NCBI GenBank assembly: GCA_024626585.2
Contig: JANKJI020000002.1
Span: 221,901,239 to 221,926,530, forward strand
DNA from: Ginkgo biloba
Taxonomy: Eukaryota; Plantae; Ginkgophyta
Reading direction: 5' to 3'
DNA: 25,292 nucleotides
The translations under genes were made by a program, and so were the position numbers. The notes under the pieces are model-generated. The model worked only from the letters and a program-made list of their open reading frames with translations. It had not been told where the DNA came from and made no database searches. Numbering within the stretch: position 1 is the first letter of the stretch; every line of letters begins with the position of its first letter. Shown one piece after another: positions 10,720-22,562 of the stretch.

Positions 10720-11622
10720 AAGAGAGGGTAGAAGGTACTATATCCATCTATAGTACCAACCCTCAATTGGTGAGATCATTACATGTTGCCACCTTATCTC
10801 TTTCATAATAAGTAATTATTCTCTTTGCATCAATTGTTGTGTCCTTTAGGCATGCCATTTCTTCTCAATGCTTAATATCTTTAGGCTAATTCATTTATTT
10901 CCTTTAAACACATATATCTTGCTTAGTTGTCTTACTGCATACATATTACAAGTTTGGTTATCCATTTAGGAGTTCATTTCATACCATCCATGGGAGCACG
11001 TATCTTTAAGGAAGCATCTTCTTACATAAGGATATTAACCCCCATCACACTCATTCAGTTTTCCTCTTTTTATTCCCTTAATTACTTCATGCCATTTGCA
11101 CATTTTGTAGGGGTAGCTTTTAGCATAAACATAATATGGTGAAATGCTACCAATATAGTATTTTACATTATTAGAAAAATCACAATATATGTGTTATGTG
11201 TGGCTACACTTTGCAAAGAGAGGGGAGAAGGAATTATATTCATTTAGGCTACTAACTATAATTTGGTGAGATCATTACATGTTTCCACCTTCTCCCTTTA
11301 TAATAATGTAATTATTCTCTTTGCATCAACTTATGTCTCATTTATGTATGACTTTCCTTCTCAATATATGATTTATTTATTATAATTGATATATTTTCTT
11401 AGAGAACATATATTTTGATTATTTTCGTATTTCATACATATTGAAAGTTTGGCTATCCATCTAAGACTTGAACTATGTCCATATAAGGAAGCAAGCATCT
11501 TCAAGGGAGTATCTTCTCACATAAGAATCCCATTCTCCATCACTTATTTATATTTCCTATGTCTATTCCATTGATTGCTTCATCCTATCTACACATTTTA
11601 TAGGGACAGTTTTTGGAATAAA
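10720..11622. repeat. Old direct duplication, ~400-bp copies at ~496-bp spacing
   Basis: TTGGTGAGATCATTACATGTT occurs at 10767 and 11263. GTAATTATTCTCTTTGCATCAA, AAGTTTGG(T/C)TATCCAT and CACATTTT(G/A)TAGGG recur collinearly. Confidence 0.85.
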
Positions 11623-11649
11623 TTAACTACTTGATATAGGAAACATAAT

Positions 11650-12351
11650 CAATCTCTTCTAATTTGACATTAGTTTTTAGAAGAACTAAAAAGGAATACT
11701 TTTCAAATACTATAAAATCATAAGGGTGTCTTTTCTTAGAGTCATGAAGATTTGAAAGGAATCACTTCCATAATCTATTACTATTATAATTTACAAAAAG
11801 ATGATGTTAATCATGTAAAACAATAATAATAAGGATTAAATCCCATGATGATGCAAGTCATTAAGATAAAATTAGAAAAGCTTCTTTCTATTAATGTGAT
11901 TTATCTAATCTTATACATCTAATCGATTTCCCTACTAGTGGTCATCCCTAACAAAGGAGGTAAATATAATATTTATATTGATTATAAGGATCTCAAATAA
12001 CCATCTCACACAAGTGATTTTCCTCTTCCATTTGTTACTCAAATCTTAGACTCACTTATCAATAATGAATACTTTTATTTTCCTAAATTTTTCTAGCTGT
12101 GATCAAATTCAAATTACACTAGAACAAGGAGATAAAATAAAATTCACTTGTCCTAGAGGAATATTTAGGCATCATGTTTTATCCTTTTGCTTATGTTATG
12201 TTCTTTCTATATTCAATGAGTTATTGTTAGCAATTTTCACAACACATAAATTATTTCAAAGAGATGTATTTGAATGATTTATTTATCTATGAATACACCT
12301 TTGAGGAGGTCTTAGAAAAAATAGAATTTAACTTACAAAAATATGCATAAA
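11650..12351 (+). mobile_element. Ty3/Gypsy (Athila-like non-chromovirus) reverse transcriptase remnant
   Basis: Decayed frame HKGVFS*SHEDLKGI...GLNPMMMQVIKIKLEKLL...VVIPNKGGKYNIYIDYKDLK...DFPLPFVTQILDSL...DQIQITLEQGDKIKFTCPRGIFRHHVLSFCLCYV resembles FTCPWGTFAYRVLPFGLCNA. Many stops and frameshifts. Confidence 0.85.
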
Positions 12352-13720
12352 NNNNNNNNNNNNNNNNNNNNNNNNNNNNNNNNNNNNNNNNNNNNNNNNN
12401 NNNNNNNNNNNNNNNNNNNNNNNNNNNNNNNNNNNNNNNNNNNNNNNNNNNNNNNNNNNNNNNNNNNNNNNNNNNNNNNNNNNNNNNNNNNNNNNNNNNN
12501 NNNNNNNNNNNNNNNNNNNNNNNNNNNNNNNNNNNNNNNNNNNNNNNNNNNNNNNNNNNNNNNNNNNNNNNNNNNNNNNNNNNNNNNNNNNNNNNNNNNN
12601 NNNNNNNNNNNNNNNNNNNNNNNNNNNNNNNNNNNNNNNNNNNNNNNNNNNNNNNNNNNNNNNNNNNNNNNNNNNNNNNNNNNNNNNNNNNNNNNNNNNT
12701 CCTTTAAGATGTTATAAATCTTTTTCCATAGCTGTCATGTCTCTTATTGGATATGACAAAGATAAAGTTTAAATTGATCCTAATCCATAATATCATCAAA
12801 CTAAATCTCTATTTAAGCCTAATTATATGGTTTTCTCCCTACGAATCCTTATGACTTCCTCTATCAATCAAGGGTTTGTGTTTCCTCCTTATCCTAAGGG
12901 TTCCCTTCTAGTGGTTTCTCCTAAATCATGGCTTTAAAATCCTTTATACAAGTTGCCCTCTCTTATGGAGACTGTCACAATTCCTCCTATAGTTGTTGCT
13001 CCCACATGACTAGGAGAATATAATTCACCCTTTAAGGCTATACAAGATGTCTCTTACAAAATCAAAATATTTGAATCTTTAACTCCATTAGGTCATAACT
13101 CACTTTTAGGTGGTTCTTCCTCTTTACCATCAATATCCCTACAGGTTCAATCTCCATAGTCACATATGGCTTCTTTTATGTCAACATTAGTTGATCCTTC
13201 TAAGGGTTAATTGTTTATGGAATAGCTAGTTGACAATGTTTTTTCTCATCAAAATAATATTATGGCTCACGAGTCCAATCCTCTCTAATTAAGTACTAAT
13301 CCATTAGACATGCAATATCTTATAAATACATTATCATACTTGAACTTAGCATCACTAACCAAGCCAATGTAAAGTCCATAATCGATTGTGAATGTTCTAA
13401 ATATACTTGTGGTTATTATGACTACACATTTAACTTGACAGAATCCTCCTCGACTAAGATGTAACCTTACATCATTAATTAATCATTCTCCTAGAGGAAA
13501 TCAATTGCCTCTTATGACTCCTCGTATGATTAGGGATAACACCCTATCCATAAGACCATCTACACCCATTGCATCATAAGGGAATGCTCCCCCTTTAACT
13601 AATCCTATGGTTAATCCAATGGGAGACACTTCTCTATTTACGAGTTAATTGTATGTAATACCTTTTGAAGGCATAACATAAGTACCAAGAACACAAATTA
13701 ATGTCCTCCATTTGGTAACC

Positions 13721-13810
13721 CTCCCCCATACTAAGGAGGTCAATAAGTTTCACCTCCACACTAAGGAGGGAAACAAGTTTCACCTCCACACTAAGGAGGG
13801 AAACAAGTTA
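13721..13810. repeat. 30-bp tandem repeat x3 in the gag N-terminal region
   Basis: CACCTCCACACTAAGGAGGGAAACAAGTT occurs twice exactly, plus one diverged upstream copy. It reads SPPH*GGKQV. Confidence 0.9.
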
Positions 13811-13949
13811 TATATGTTAGGAATATACCTTTTCAATAAACTACCATGTTTATACCTATTATAACAACCCCTCAAATTGATATAAGCTAGTCAATCCATG
13901 CTATTTGGTTATGATTTGACTCATTTACTACTATGTATCTTATCAATGA

Positions 13950-14470
13950 TCCTATTATCTATGATCCATTTTGGCCAAGTTTACCCATGAAAATTTCCCT
14001 CATCCATGCCTAATTTGTTAGGGAAGGATGATAAGAACCCTCATCACCATCTTACTTAGTTCAATATATGGTGTAGTGCTCATGAATAGAATGAATCCAC
14101 TAAGTTAATATTATTTCAATGCTCACTTACTAAAGAAGTTGTTATGTGGTTTACATTATTTTCACACCAATCCATATATATATTAGATCAATTCAGGGAC
14201 AAAATTCTCAATAGATTTGAGTCTTATATTCCCTATGTAGATTCTACCAAGCTTCTCATCACCATAAAATAAGATCATTATACCTTAATCTCCCAACATA
14301 TAAAAAACTAGAGGGAAACTAGGGCTAAGTGTCCTCATGTAGATTCTAGATAGGTTGGTTGTTGTCTTGTTGAAAGCATTCTTCCATAACATGATTTTTA
14401 TATCATGACAAAGAAACCAAGGGATGGAGAAAATATAATATATGAAGTCTTTCTTCTAAATGTTTCTCTT
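13950..14470 (+). pseudogene. Retrotransposon gag (capsid) remnant
   Basis: YDPFWPSLPMK/MPNLLGKDDKNPHHHLT*FNIWCSAH...KLILFQCSLTKEVVMWFTL...ISQHIKN*R resembles the Tat-type gag pattern PKF.GK..EDP.NH..TFH.WC...LRLFQRTLTG.AAKWY. Confidence 0.75.
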
Positions 14471-15622
14471 CAATGATCTAGTTATGGAGGAATTCTTAAC
14501 TATGCTCTTTTGAATCCATAACATCCTCCTCTAACATTCCAATCATCTCAATTATTTGGCAATGGTGCCATTCGTATCACTATCAATCCATAATCATCTA
14601 GTCAACCATCCAAATAAAACATTTTGGGATATATTATGATTTTAAACCCCATCCAACATAAGACTCCCAAGTAAACTTGGTGACCAACCAAAATAAGTCT
14701 TCTACTATTAATCCTCCAAACCCTTAATGATAAAATATAAATAAGAATCAAAATAGATAAAATAATAATANNNNNNNNNNNNNNNNNNNNNNNNNNNNNN
14801 NNNNNNNNNNNNNNNNNNNNNNNNNNNNNNNNNNNNNNNNNNNNNNNNNNNNNNNNNNNNNNNNNNNNNNNNNNNNNNNNNNNNNNNNNNNNNNNNNNNN
14901 NNNNNNNNNNNNNNNNNNNNNNNNNNNNNNNNNNNNNNNNNNNNNNNNNNNNNNNNNNNNNNNNNNNNNNNNNNNNNNNNNNNNNNNNNNNNNNNNNNNN
15001 NNNNNNNNNNNCTTTGCATGAACCTCCTTTTATATCACAATAACCATCAGTTAAACCATATACGTCCAACCCAATAACCATTCATTATACCCCTAACCTA
15101 CGATATGGATTCTAGATTATCCACTTAGGATTTTAGCTCAATACTATGTCAGGTAAGCCTAACCCATCCCATTCTACTAACATTATGCATATCAAGGTAG
15201 ATGAAATTTTTATGGTCATGATTAGATCTCTAGCTTAACAAGTCTAAGATAATTTCTCAACATCCTAAGTTAGCTAGTTTGGTTCCCCCTTATACATCTC
15301 AAGGCTTGAGGCATCTACATCATTTTCATCCATTATGCCTCCAACTAATAAGCCCATCTATTGTAATAAACAATATGTAGAATCATCTAATTTTCACATA
15401 GTGGAATATTTAACCAATGCTCCTTCAACCATCTTTATATTTTAACTTTTATAATTATATCTTGATCATTGATGTTAATTGTTGAAGTTATTAAGTGTGG
15501 TTGAAATTCCAATAGATAAGTTAACTATCCTTGATCCTTATNNNNNNNNNNNNNNNNNNNNNNNNNNNNNNNNNNNNNNNNNNNNNNNNNNNNNNNNNNN
15601 NNNNNNNNNNNNNNNNNNNNNN

Positions 15623-15910
15623 TTAATGAAGGATTAAAAATCTTTATCATGTCTCAATTTATAGTTAAGTCTATAGAAATTTCCTATATATGAATCCTAG
15701 TTCACATGTTTTACATGCATGGGATGATGTCCCAAGTCCATATAGTAGTACCCTCTATGAAATACCAATCACATTCGAGGGAAAAATAACTTCTATAAAT
15801 TTAGATATTGCTCAAAGTGGTTTACAACTTAATATATTAATTGATAGAGATTATATTACTCCTATGGCATTCATGTCTACATTATATGGTTTGATTCAAT
15901 TTCCTTCTAT
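15623..15910 (+). pseudogene. Retropepsin-like aspartic protease remnant
   Basis: NEGLKIFIMS (degenerate DEGAS.C.MS catalytic region) ...VLHAWD...IPITFEGK...LQLNILIDRDYITPMAFMSTLYGLIQFP resembles YNLLLGRSW..AM.AV.STLFR...FP. Confidence 0.7.
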
Positions 15911-16449
15911 CATGAAGTTCCATCAGTCCAAATATGACGAGAATAATGCTAATACATCCTTATCTCAACCTTAAATCACCTCGGTTCCTTAATTCAATAC
16001 CCCATTCTTCTATCTCTACATCAATGGAAATGTTGTCACTTTAGTTGAGATAGTTTCAACCTCAATCCAAGTCTTACAAGTTATCTCTTAGTTAGAATTT
16101 ATGGTTGGTTCCTTTCTTAAAAATCCCCCAATGGAGGAATCTAATTCCTCTATTATTCTCTTTGTAGATATAACCCATATTTTAGATGTGTTTAAGAATG
16201 ATGAAGCCATTTTGGATTTTATGTATTGGGGCCAAATCTCTTAGGGATAGTTTCATCATAAACATGGACAAAGAAATTGCTTATTGCTTAAAGGAACATT
16301 AGATTTCTCTTTTCCTCCCCATAAAGAACTAAATGATAAATTATTTTTCCTTATGGATAATAGGGATATTCTTTCACCTAAAATCTTTCTAAGGAGGGTA
16401 TACTCCCTCATACACCTGATGCATAGGAAATATAATGAATATTAGTGAG

Positions 16450-17173
16450 ACTTATCCTATGAACATTTCTAAAATTGATGCACTAGAAGAAATTCTCAAT
16501 GGTTAAGATTGCACTCCCCAAGAGGAGCATGAATTCAAGTAATTTCTTTAAGAGTTCTATGATATATTTAGATGGACCTATGATGAAATTCTTGTTATGG
16601 ATCCCAATTTCATTTTCTATCACATAAACACATATCCTAGGCCCATTTGTAAAAACTAAAGACTTATCAATCCAAAATCAATTAAGACCATTAAGAAAGT
16701 AGGTTTAGAAAGTTCTAAATGCTAGGTTCATCTTTACCATCAATTACATCAAATGGGTGGACAACATAGTCCTTGTTACGAAAAAGAATAAATATGCCTA
16801 TCTCCATGTTGATTTTTTAGACTTCAATAAGGCCTCTCCTAAGGATAATTTTTCAACACCATTAATTGATGAGATAATAAACTCCATGATTAGGCATGAT
16901 TTTTTGTCTTTAATGGATGGATTTTTAAGATACAATCAAATCATTATTGTTAAGAAAGATCATTTAAGAATAACATTTACCACTCCATGAGGTAATTTCA
17001 CTTATCATGCCATGCCCTTTAGTTTGATGAATGATAAGGCCATATATCAAAAGGCCATGACTAAGGATTTTTATGATTTGATGTATACATGCATCGATTC
17101 TTTCCTTGATGATTTAAGTGTCAAGTCTCATAAATTACAAAATCATTTCATCATTTTATGTGTTGTGTTTGAA
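16450..17173 (+). pseudogene. Tat-type reverse transcriptase remnant, truncated shortly after the catalytic DD
   Basis: FLKEFYDIFRWTYDEI...WVDNIVLVTKKN....VDFLDFNKASPKDNFSTPLIDEII...LSLMDGFLRYNQI...TFTTP*GNFTYHAMPFSLMN..AIYQKAMT..FYDL...SFLDDL. The DLNKACPKD and MDGFSGYNQI-like motifs are typical of Tat/Ogre RT. Confidence 0.92.
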
Positions 17174-17289
17174 CTCATTCAAGTCTTAGGAATGAGTTTA
17201 GTAGAAATTGACTCCCCTCCTCATACTCAAAATCTTATTCGAATGATTGATACATATTTTTCAAAAAATACCTTATTTATTATATTTAA

Positions 17290-18724
17290 GGAATATGAGT
17301 GGTTTGTAGATATAATAAGATATATTAGGGATCATACATATACTCCACACCTTGATAAATATCAATAATATAAAATTCATATTCAAGCTCTTGGCTATGT
17401 TATTCTCCATGATGCCTTATAGAAGTTATTAATAGATAGGGTCCTATATTATTGTGTCACTTAAGATGAAGTAAAGATCATTCTAAATGAATTCACGTTT
17501 GGTGCACATAGAGGTCATTTCTCTACACTAAGTAAAAATGCCAAGATCATTAGAGATAGTTACTACTGGCTAACCTTAGTAATAATTTCCATAAAGTAAT
17601 CAAGCATTATGTTTAATGCTAATAATTTATTTCAATAAAACATGCACTTATAACCTTATTACATGCTAGAGTTGTTGCAAGCCCTTTTGTAAAATAGGGC
17701 ATTAATTTTATTAGTCGATTATAGGTACCCATTATTAGTATATTATCACCATAGTTCATTATTGCACTAATTGGACCAAGGCCATGAATTAGAAAAAGTT
17801 TATGGTCAAACAAATTTTGTATTGTATTCAACTATATTCTTACAAGATTTGGAATCCTATTTGCCATTATTTTAGATAAGGGAACTTATTTCATTAATAA
17901 TTTTATGGGAGAACTTTTCAATATGCTAGGAACTGATTATTCTAAGATTTCATCCTATTATGCCCAATTTAATGAACTAGTAGATTCTTTAAACAAGGCA
18001 TTTAAGACCATTCTTCAACATACAATTAATGAAAATTGATGATACTATAATGTCAATATTTGTTCATTCTAGTCATATCAAATGATTTCTAAAGTTATTT
18101 TTAGTTTCACATTATTCTCGATTATATATGGGAGAGAATCTATCCTTATAATTGAGGTACAAATTCCTTCACTAAGGATAGTTGTCCAGAACCAATTATA
18201 TTGTATAGATGACTATGCAATTAGGTTTGCAAATAGATTTGTTTAAGTACCCTATAGAACTTGGAAGCATATGTCAAATATGTTAAAGCATCTTCTAATA
18301 GAAAGGTTCTTTCTTGTATATTTGAGAAAATATATTATTCCAATTTAAGTTTATATTCCTTCCTTAATAATAAGTATTCAAATGAACTATATCCAATAAA
18401 TGATTATGTCATTTGACTAGCTAAGCTAGGACAATTAGATGAGAATCGTCTCAAGGACTTATAAAATTTGAAAGAACATGTAAAATGATTAAAAGATTCA
18501 TATGATAGGAATTTTATGCCTCATATGTTTAAATAAGAATATTTGGTATTTTATTTCAAAAATATACCAATATGATAGACCCCAACAAGTTAAAATCTTG
18601 ATGGTTGGGACCATTTATTATTTATAAGGTTTTTTGTGAGGGTTATTATCATCTTACACATATGGGTGGTACACTCTTTCTTAATCCAACTAATGGGTCT
18701 TCCCTAAATTGGTTATATGTTTGA
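17290..18724 (+). pseudogene. Gypsy integrase remnant (zinc-binding region, core, GPY/F tail)
   Basis: EWFVDIIRYI...ILNEFTFGAHRGHFS...KIIRDSYYWLTL...PFVK*GINF...ILTRFGI..AIILDKGTYF...SSYYAQFNELVDSLNK...YGRESILIIEVQIPSLRI...WLGPFII.KV...GYYHL....G....NPTNG..L, ending at TGA 18722-18724. Confidence 0.88.
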
Positions 18725-20460
18725 TATAAAAAAGGGGGACATATTCCCCCTTATCCCTTTGATTTATAGTGATTAGAATTTAAAAGAGGGGTCACCTCNN
18801 NNNNNNNNNNNNNNNNNNNNNNNNNNNNNNNNNNNNNNNNNNNNNNNNNCATTCATAATTAGTGAAAATGTTTTATGTGGATGTTTTACATAATACCCAT
18901 ATATAAAATATACACATATGAAATCACATATCAACAACACATTTTCAAGAACACGAAAATATTTTAGATTTGTAATTTTTCATCCAAAGTTGATGTTATT
19001 TTTAGTATTACTTTCACATATTTCTCATCTAGAGATGTATTTTGGACACTATATTCCATTAAAATCCATAATAATCTAAAGGATACTTCATCGTAACCTC
19101 TTTATAATCCATAAGAAAATAAAGNNNNNNNNNNNNNNNNNNNNNNNNNNNNNNNNNNNNNNNNNNNNNNNNNNNNNNNNNNNNNNNNNNNNNNNNNNNN
19201 NNNNNNNNNNNNNNNNNNNNNNNNTTATGATACAAGAGTGTATAAGACATGAGTTATATATGTTCATTACATGATAATATCCTTCTCCTCCATCATATTC
19301 TATGTCTGATATTTATACAAAGTGAAAATGGTTAGATAATCTTCATGGAAGTTACATTCTACATACCAAGTTGGAGACTTATGTCAGACTTGCCTGTCAG
19401 ATTCGATGAACAGTTTTGGTTGATGTTAGTGAGTGCTTTGTATCCTGATGTTAGGCATACTCGATGGCGTCAACAAAGAGATGGTGAGGTCTACCCTGAC
19501 CTTCATTGGTGGAATGACTCATGTTAGTGTGGACTTATAAGGGATCCCTTCTTCATCAGAGATATAATCTCTATTGGCACCCTTCAAGAGTTTCTTTTCT
19601 TGTTGTTGTCGGTGTAGATGAGGATAAAGGACTCATGTTAGTGTTAGCCAAACCATCTTCAATAATTTTTAGTGAACTGATTTTTGTCAGTGTCAGTCTA
19701 GATCTTCTTTGACATTCATTGATTTTATCATCCAACACTCAACAAGGTTTTAGATCTTCCCCATGTCTAAAGCCTTGTTTCCTCCCAAGAAAATATTAAA
19801 AATTCAAAATTGGATGAGGAGCCTTCATGGTGATGGATTCTTGACAACATCTGGAAGGGCAAGTGATAGTTCCATCTACAATTAAGACCACTCCTTGGTG
19901 ATCTGTGCAATTGACTATAAATGTATTTTTGTAATGTTGATGACAATAAATCCATTTGGTTTAGGTTTGGCCACCTCCTCCTGAATTTGGCATAGGTTGT
20001 CCTTATAGATATTTGTCTGGACTATCACTTACTAGTCAACAAAATCAACCTTCCCCTTGTAGTCATATAGGAGTCTGATGGTATTATGGCTTTTTCCCTG
20101 TGTTTGTATGCACACTTGTTGTGTCTTTTGGTATTGAGACATGAGAGAAGTCAAATCCTTAGTAGTCTCCATCTAAGTACTAATTTTTTCTATGAATCCT
20201 CTTTCATTCTCGACCTCTTTGAGAGCATCTTGCACCCACTTTNNNNNNNNNNNNNNNNNNNNNNNNNNNNNNNNNNNNNNNNNNNNNNNNNNNNNNNNNN
20301 NNNNNNNNNNNNNNNNNNNNNNNNNNNNNNNNNNNNNNNNNNAGAGTGATCCCTCTCTTTCTTTTAGGTAGCATAATGTTGCCTCATCATGATGCTATCG
20401 TGACTATTTATGATTATTTTCCCCATATATGCTATTATTCATTAGGTTGTATATTTTTAT

Positions 20461-20480
20461 ATTACACTTGGTATTAGAGC
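20461..20480 (+). mobile_element. Probable LTR 3' end (…TTACA) plus initiator-tRNA-Met primer binding site
   Basis: ATTACA-CT-TGGTATTAGAGC is one C>T change from the canonical TGGTATCAGAGC. Confidence 0.6.
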
Positions 20481-20922
20481 TCAATAGTACTTCCTCACTC
20501 CTTTGTTGTGTAGCCCTATTTCATTTGCCTACTATCACCATCACTCTCTACTCCTGCACCCATTATCTTTCCTCTTAGCCTTTGTCCCTATTGTTTCCCA
20601 TAATTTTATGCATATTTTCACTTTCCTTAGTAGCTCTTCCCTTTCATTTCCCTCAAGCCATCCGCTTGCCTTCACAACCTTAGTCAATTCCCCTTACATG
20701 ATCTTAATCATTATCATCATCCAACAAATATTTTTTTCTCATTATTTTCATCCCTATCCTCCATCATCACTTATAAACTTTTCTCCCCCAATATAAATCC
20801 ATCGTTATACTCGTGTCATTCTATAGATATGCATGTTCACCATTAGCTATAAAATATGGTAATTATTCGATTGATTATTTGTAAAGGCCATTGTCATTCG
20901 GTTCACTATTGATTGCTTTACC

Positions 20923-21714
20923 CTATCCCATATTTGTGGCGTTCCTATGCCCTTATTTGTAGAAATAGCTACTAGGTACGTTCCCTTACTAACACTGACC
21001 TTTGGTGTTTTGGTACTGGGATCTACATGCACATTCTTGGGTTCATTCTTGGTTTAAACTATCCTCTATCCTACATTAACGACAATCTTATGCCCTTGTT
21101 TATAGAAATAACTACTAGGTGTGTGTCCTTACTAACACCATCCTCTAGTGTTTTAGTACTAGGATTTATATGCACATTGTTGGGTTCATTCTCAGTTTCA
21201 ACTATCCTTCATCCCACATTGACGATGTTCATATGCCCTTGTTTATAAAAATAACTATTTGGTGTGTGCCCTTACTAACACTAGCCTCTGTTGTTTTAGT
21301 AGTGGGAGCTATATGCATATTGTTGGGTTCATTCTTGATTTCAACTATCCTCTATCCCACATTGGTGGCGTTCCTATGCCCTTGTTTATAGAAATAACTA
21401 TTGGGTGCATGCCCTTACTAACATCGGCCTCTGGCNNNNNNNNNNNNNNNNNNNNNNNNNNNNNNNNNNNNNNNNNNNNNNNNNNNNNNNNNNNNNTTAT
21501 TTATAGAAATAACTATTGGGTGCGTGCCTTACTAACACTGGCCTCTAGTGTTTTGGTACTAGGAGCTACATGCATATTATCGGGTTCATTCTCGATTTTA
21601 ACTATCCTATATCCCACATTTGCAACATTCCTATGCCCGTGTTTGTAGAATTAACTACTGGGTGCATACCCTTACTAACACCGACCTCTGGTGTTTTGGT
21701 ACTGGGAGCTACAT
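20923..21714. repeat. 143-bp tandem array, at least 6 copies, interrupted by gaps
   Basis: TTACTAACA recurs at 20986, 21129, 21272, 21415, (gap) 21529 and 21672, giving a period of 143 wherever sequence is contiguous. Confidence 0.95.
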
Positions 21715-22562
21715 NNNNNNNNNNNNNNNNNNNNNNNNNNNNNNNNNNNNNNNNNNNNNNNNNNNNNNNNNNNNNNNNNNNNNNNNNNNNNNNNNNNNNN
21801 NNNNNNNNNNNNNNTTTTATCTTTTATTTTCTATCCTAGTTGTTTCCATTCCAGCACAGGTTGTTCATTTTATTGCTCTTATCTCCATTCCCATTATCTT
21901 TCATTCTATCATTATCATTTTTCTATTTTTGTTTTATTTTATTTAATCATTTCTTTTCCTGTTATATTATGTTTCATCATCCCTATTTCTATTCCATTCA
22001 ACATGGTTAGAAAAATAGGCTTATTTTTGTATTATATATCATATAGATCTATTGTTCTCCTCCCAATTCCCATTTTATTTTATTGTATCATTCATATTCT
22101 GTTATGTCATCCATGTTATCATTTCATTCCTTCGTTCTATTCAACATGGTCAGTCGAATATGCCTTTTTTTTAGTATATATACATATTTCTTTATTAATG
22201 ATGGTTGTTAATATTAATGAGGATTATTTCATTATGATTTTATAATCTATATACATTATTAGTTTTTAAATAGAGATATGATTTGATATTTTTCACATTA
22301 ATAATAATTATTAATATTGATAACAAACAAACTTGAAGGCACGCCACGAATGGAGCTTTGCTAGGGATTACACCCTATAGAGGAAGATGTGTGACGCTTC
22401 TAGTTCTCGGCTGGGCAGCGCTAGTTCTTTCGAAGGTTTACTCCTCCAGCATCCCTTGGTGGTTCCCGGGTGAGTATCCTTGTAGAGTGGCGCCCCTTCC
22501 TCAGGTTTTCCTTAGCGGCAAGCCTTCTCCGTTCTCTCTTTCTCCAGCGTAGAGTACTTAAC

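Larger units (their letters stand above)
12700..18724 (+). mobile_element. Decayed Ty3/Gypsy Tat-like element internal region (gag-protease-RT-integrase)
   Basis: Collinear gag (13950-14470), protease (15623-15910), RT (16450-17173) and integrase (17290-18724) remnants lie on one strand in Gypsy order. LTRs were not identified and the left boundary is approximate. Confidence 0.85.

Noticed and set aside
13721-13810. CRISPR-like 30-bp hairpin repeats
   Set aside because: The units are contiguous with no spacers, there are no cas genes, and the context is eukaryotic gag.
18727-18750. Polypurine tract AAAAAAGGGGGA after the pol stop
   Set aside because: It is not followed by a TG LTR start or any identifiable LTR. 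It could simply be a GGGGG/CCCCC hairpin in the 3' UTR.
19825-20241. Antisense accessory ORF downstream of the integrase (KWVQDALKEVENERGFIEK...)
   Set aside because: It looks coiled-coil-like and has only TAG/TAA internal stops, but 6 stops in 139 codons is close to chance and no domain is recognisable. Left unresolved.
21027-21946. Family of similar hydrophobic ORFs (MHIxGFIL...)
   Set aside because: These are by-products of the 143-bp array read in shifting frames and extended through N gaps.
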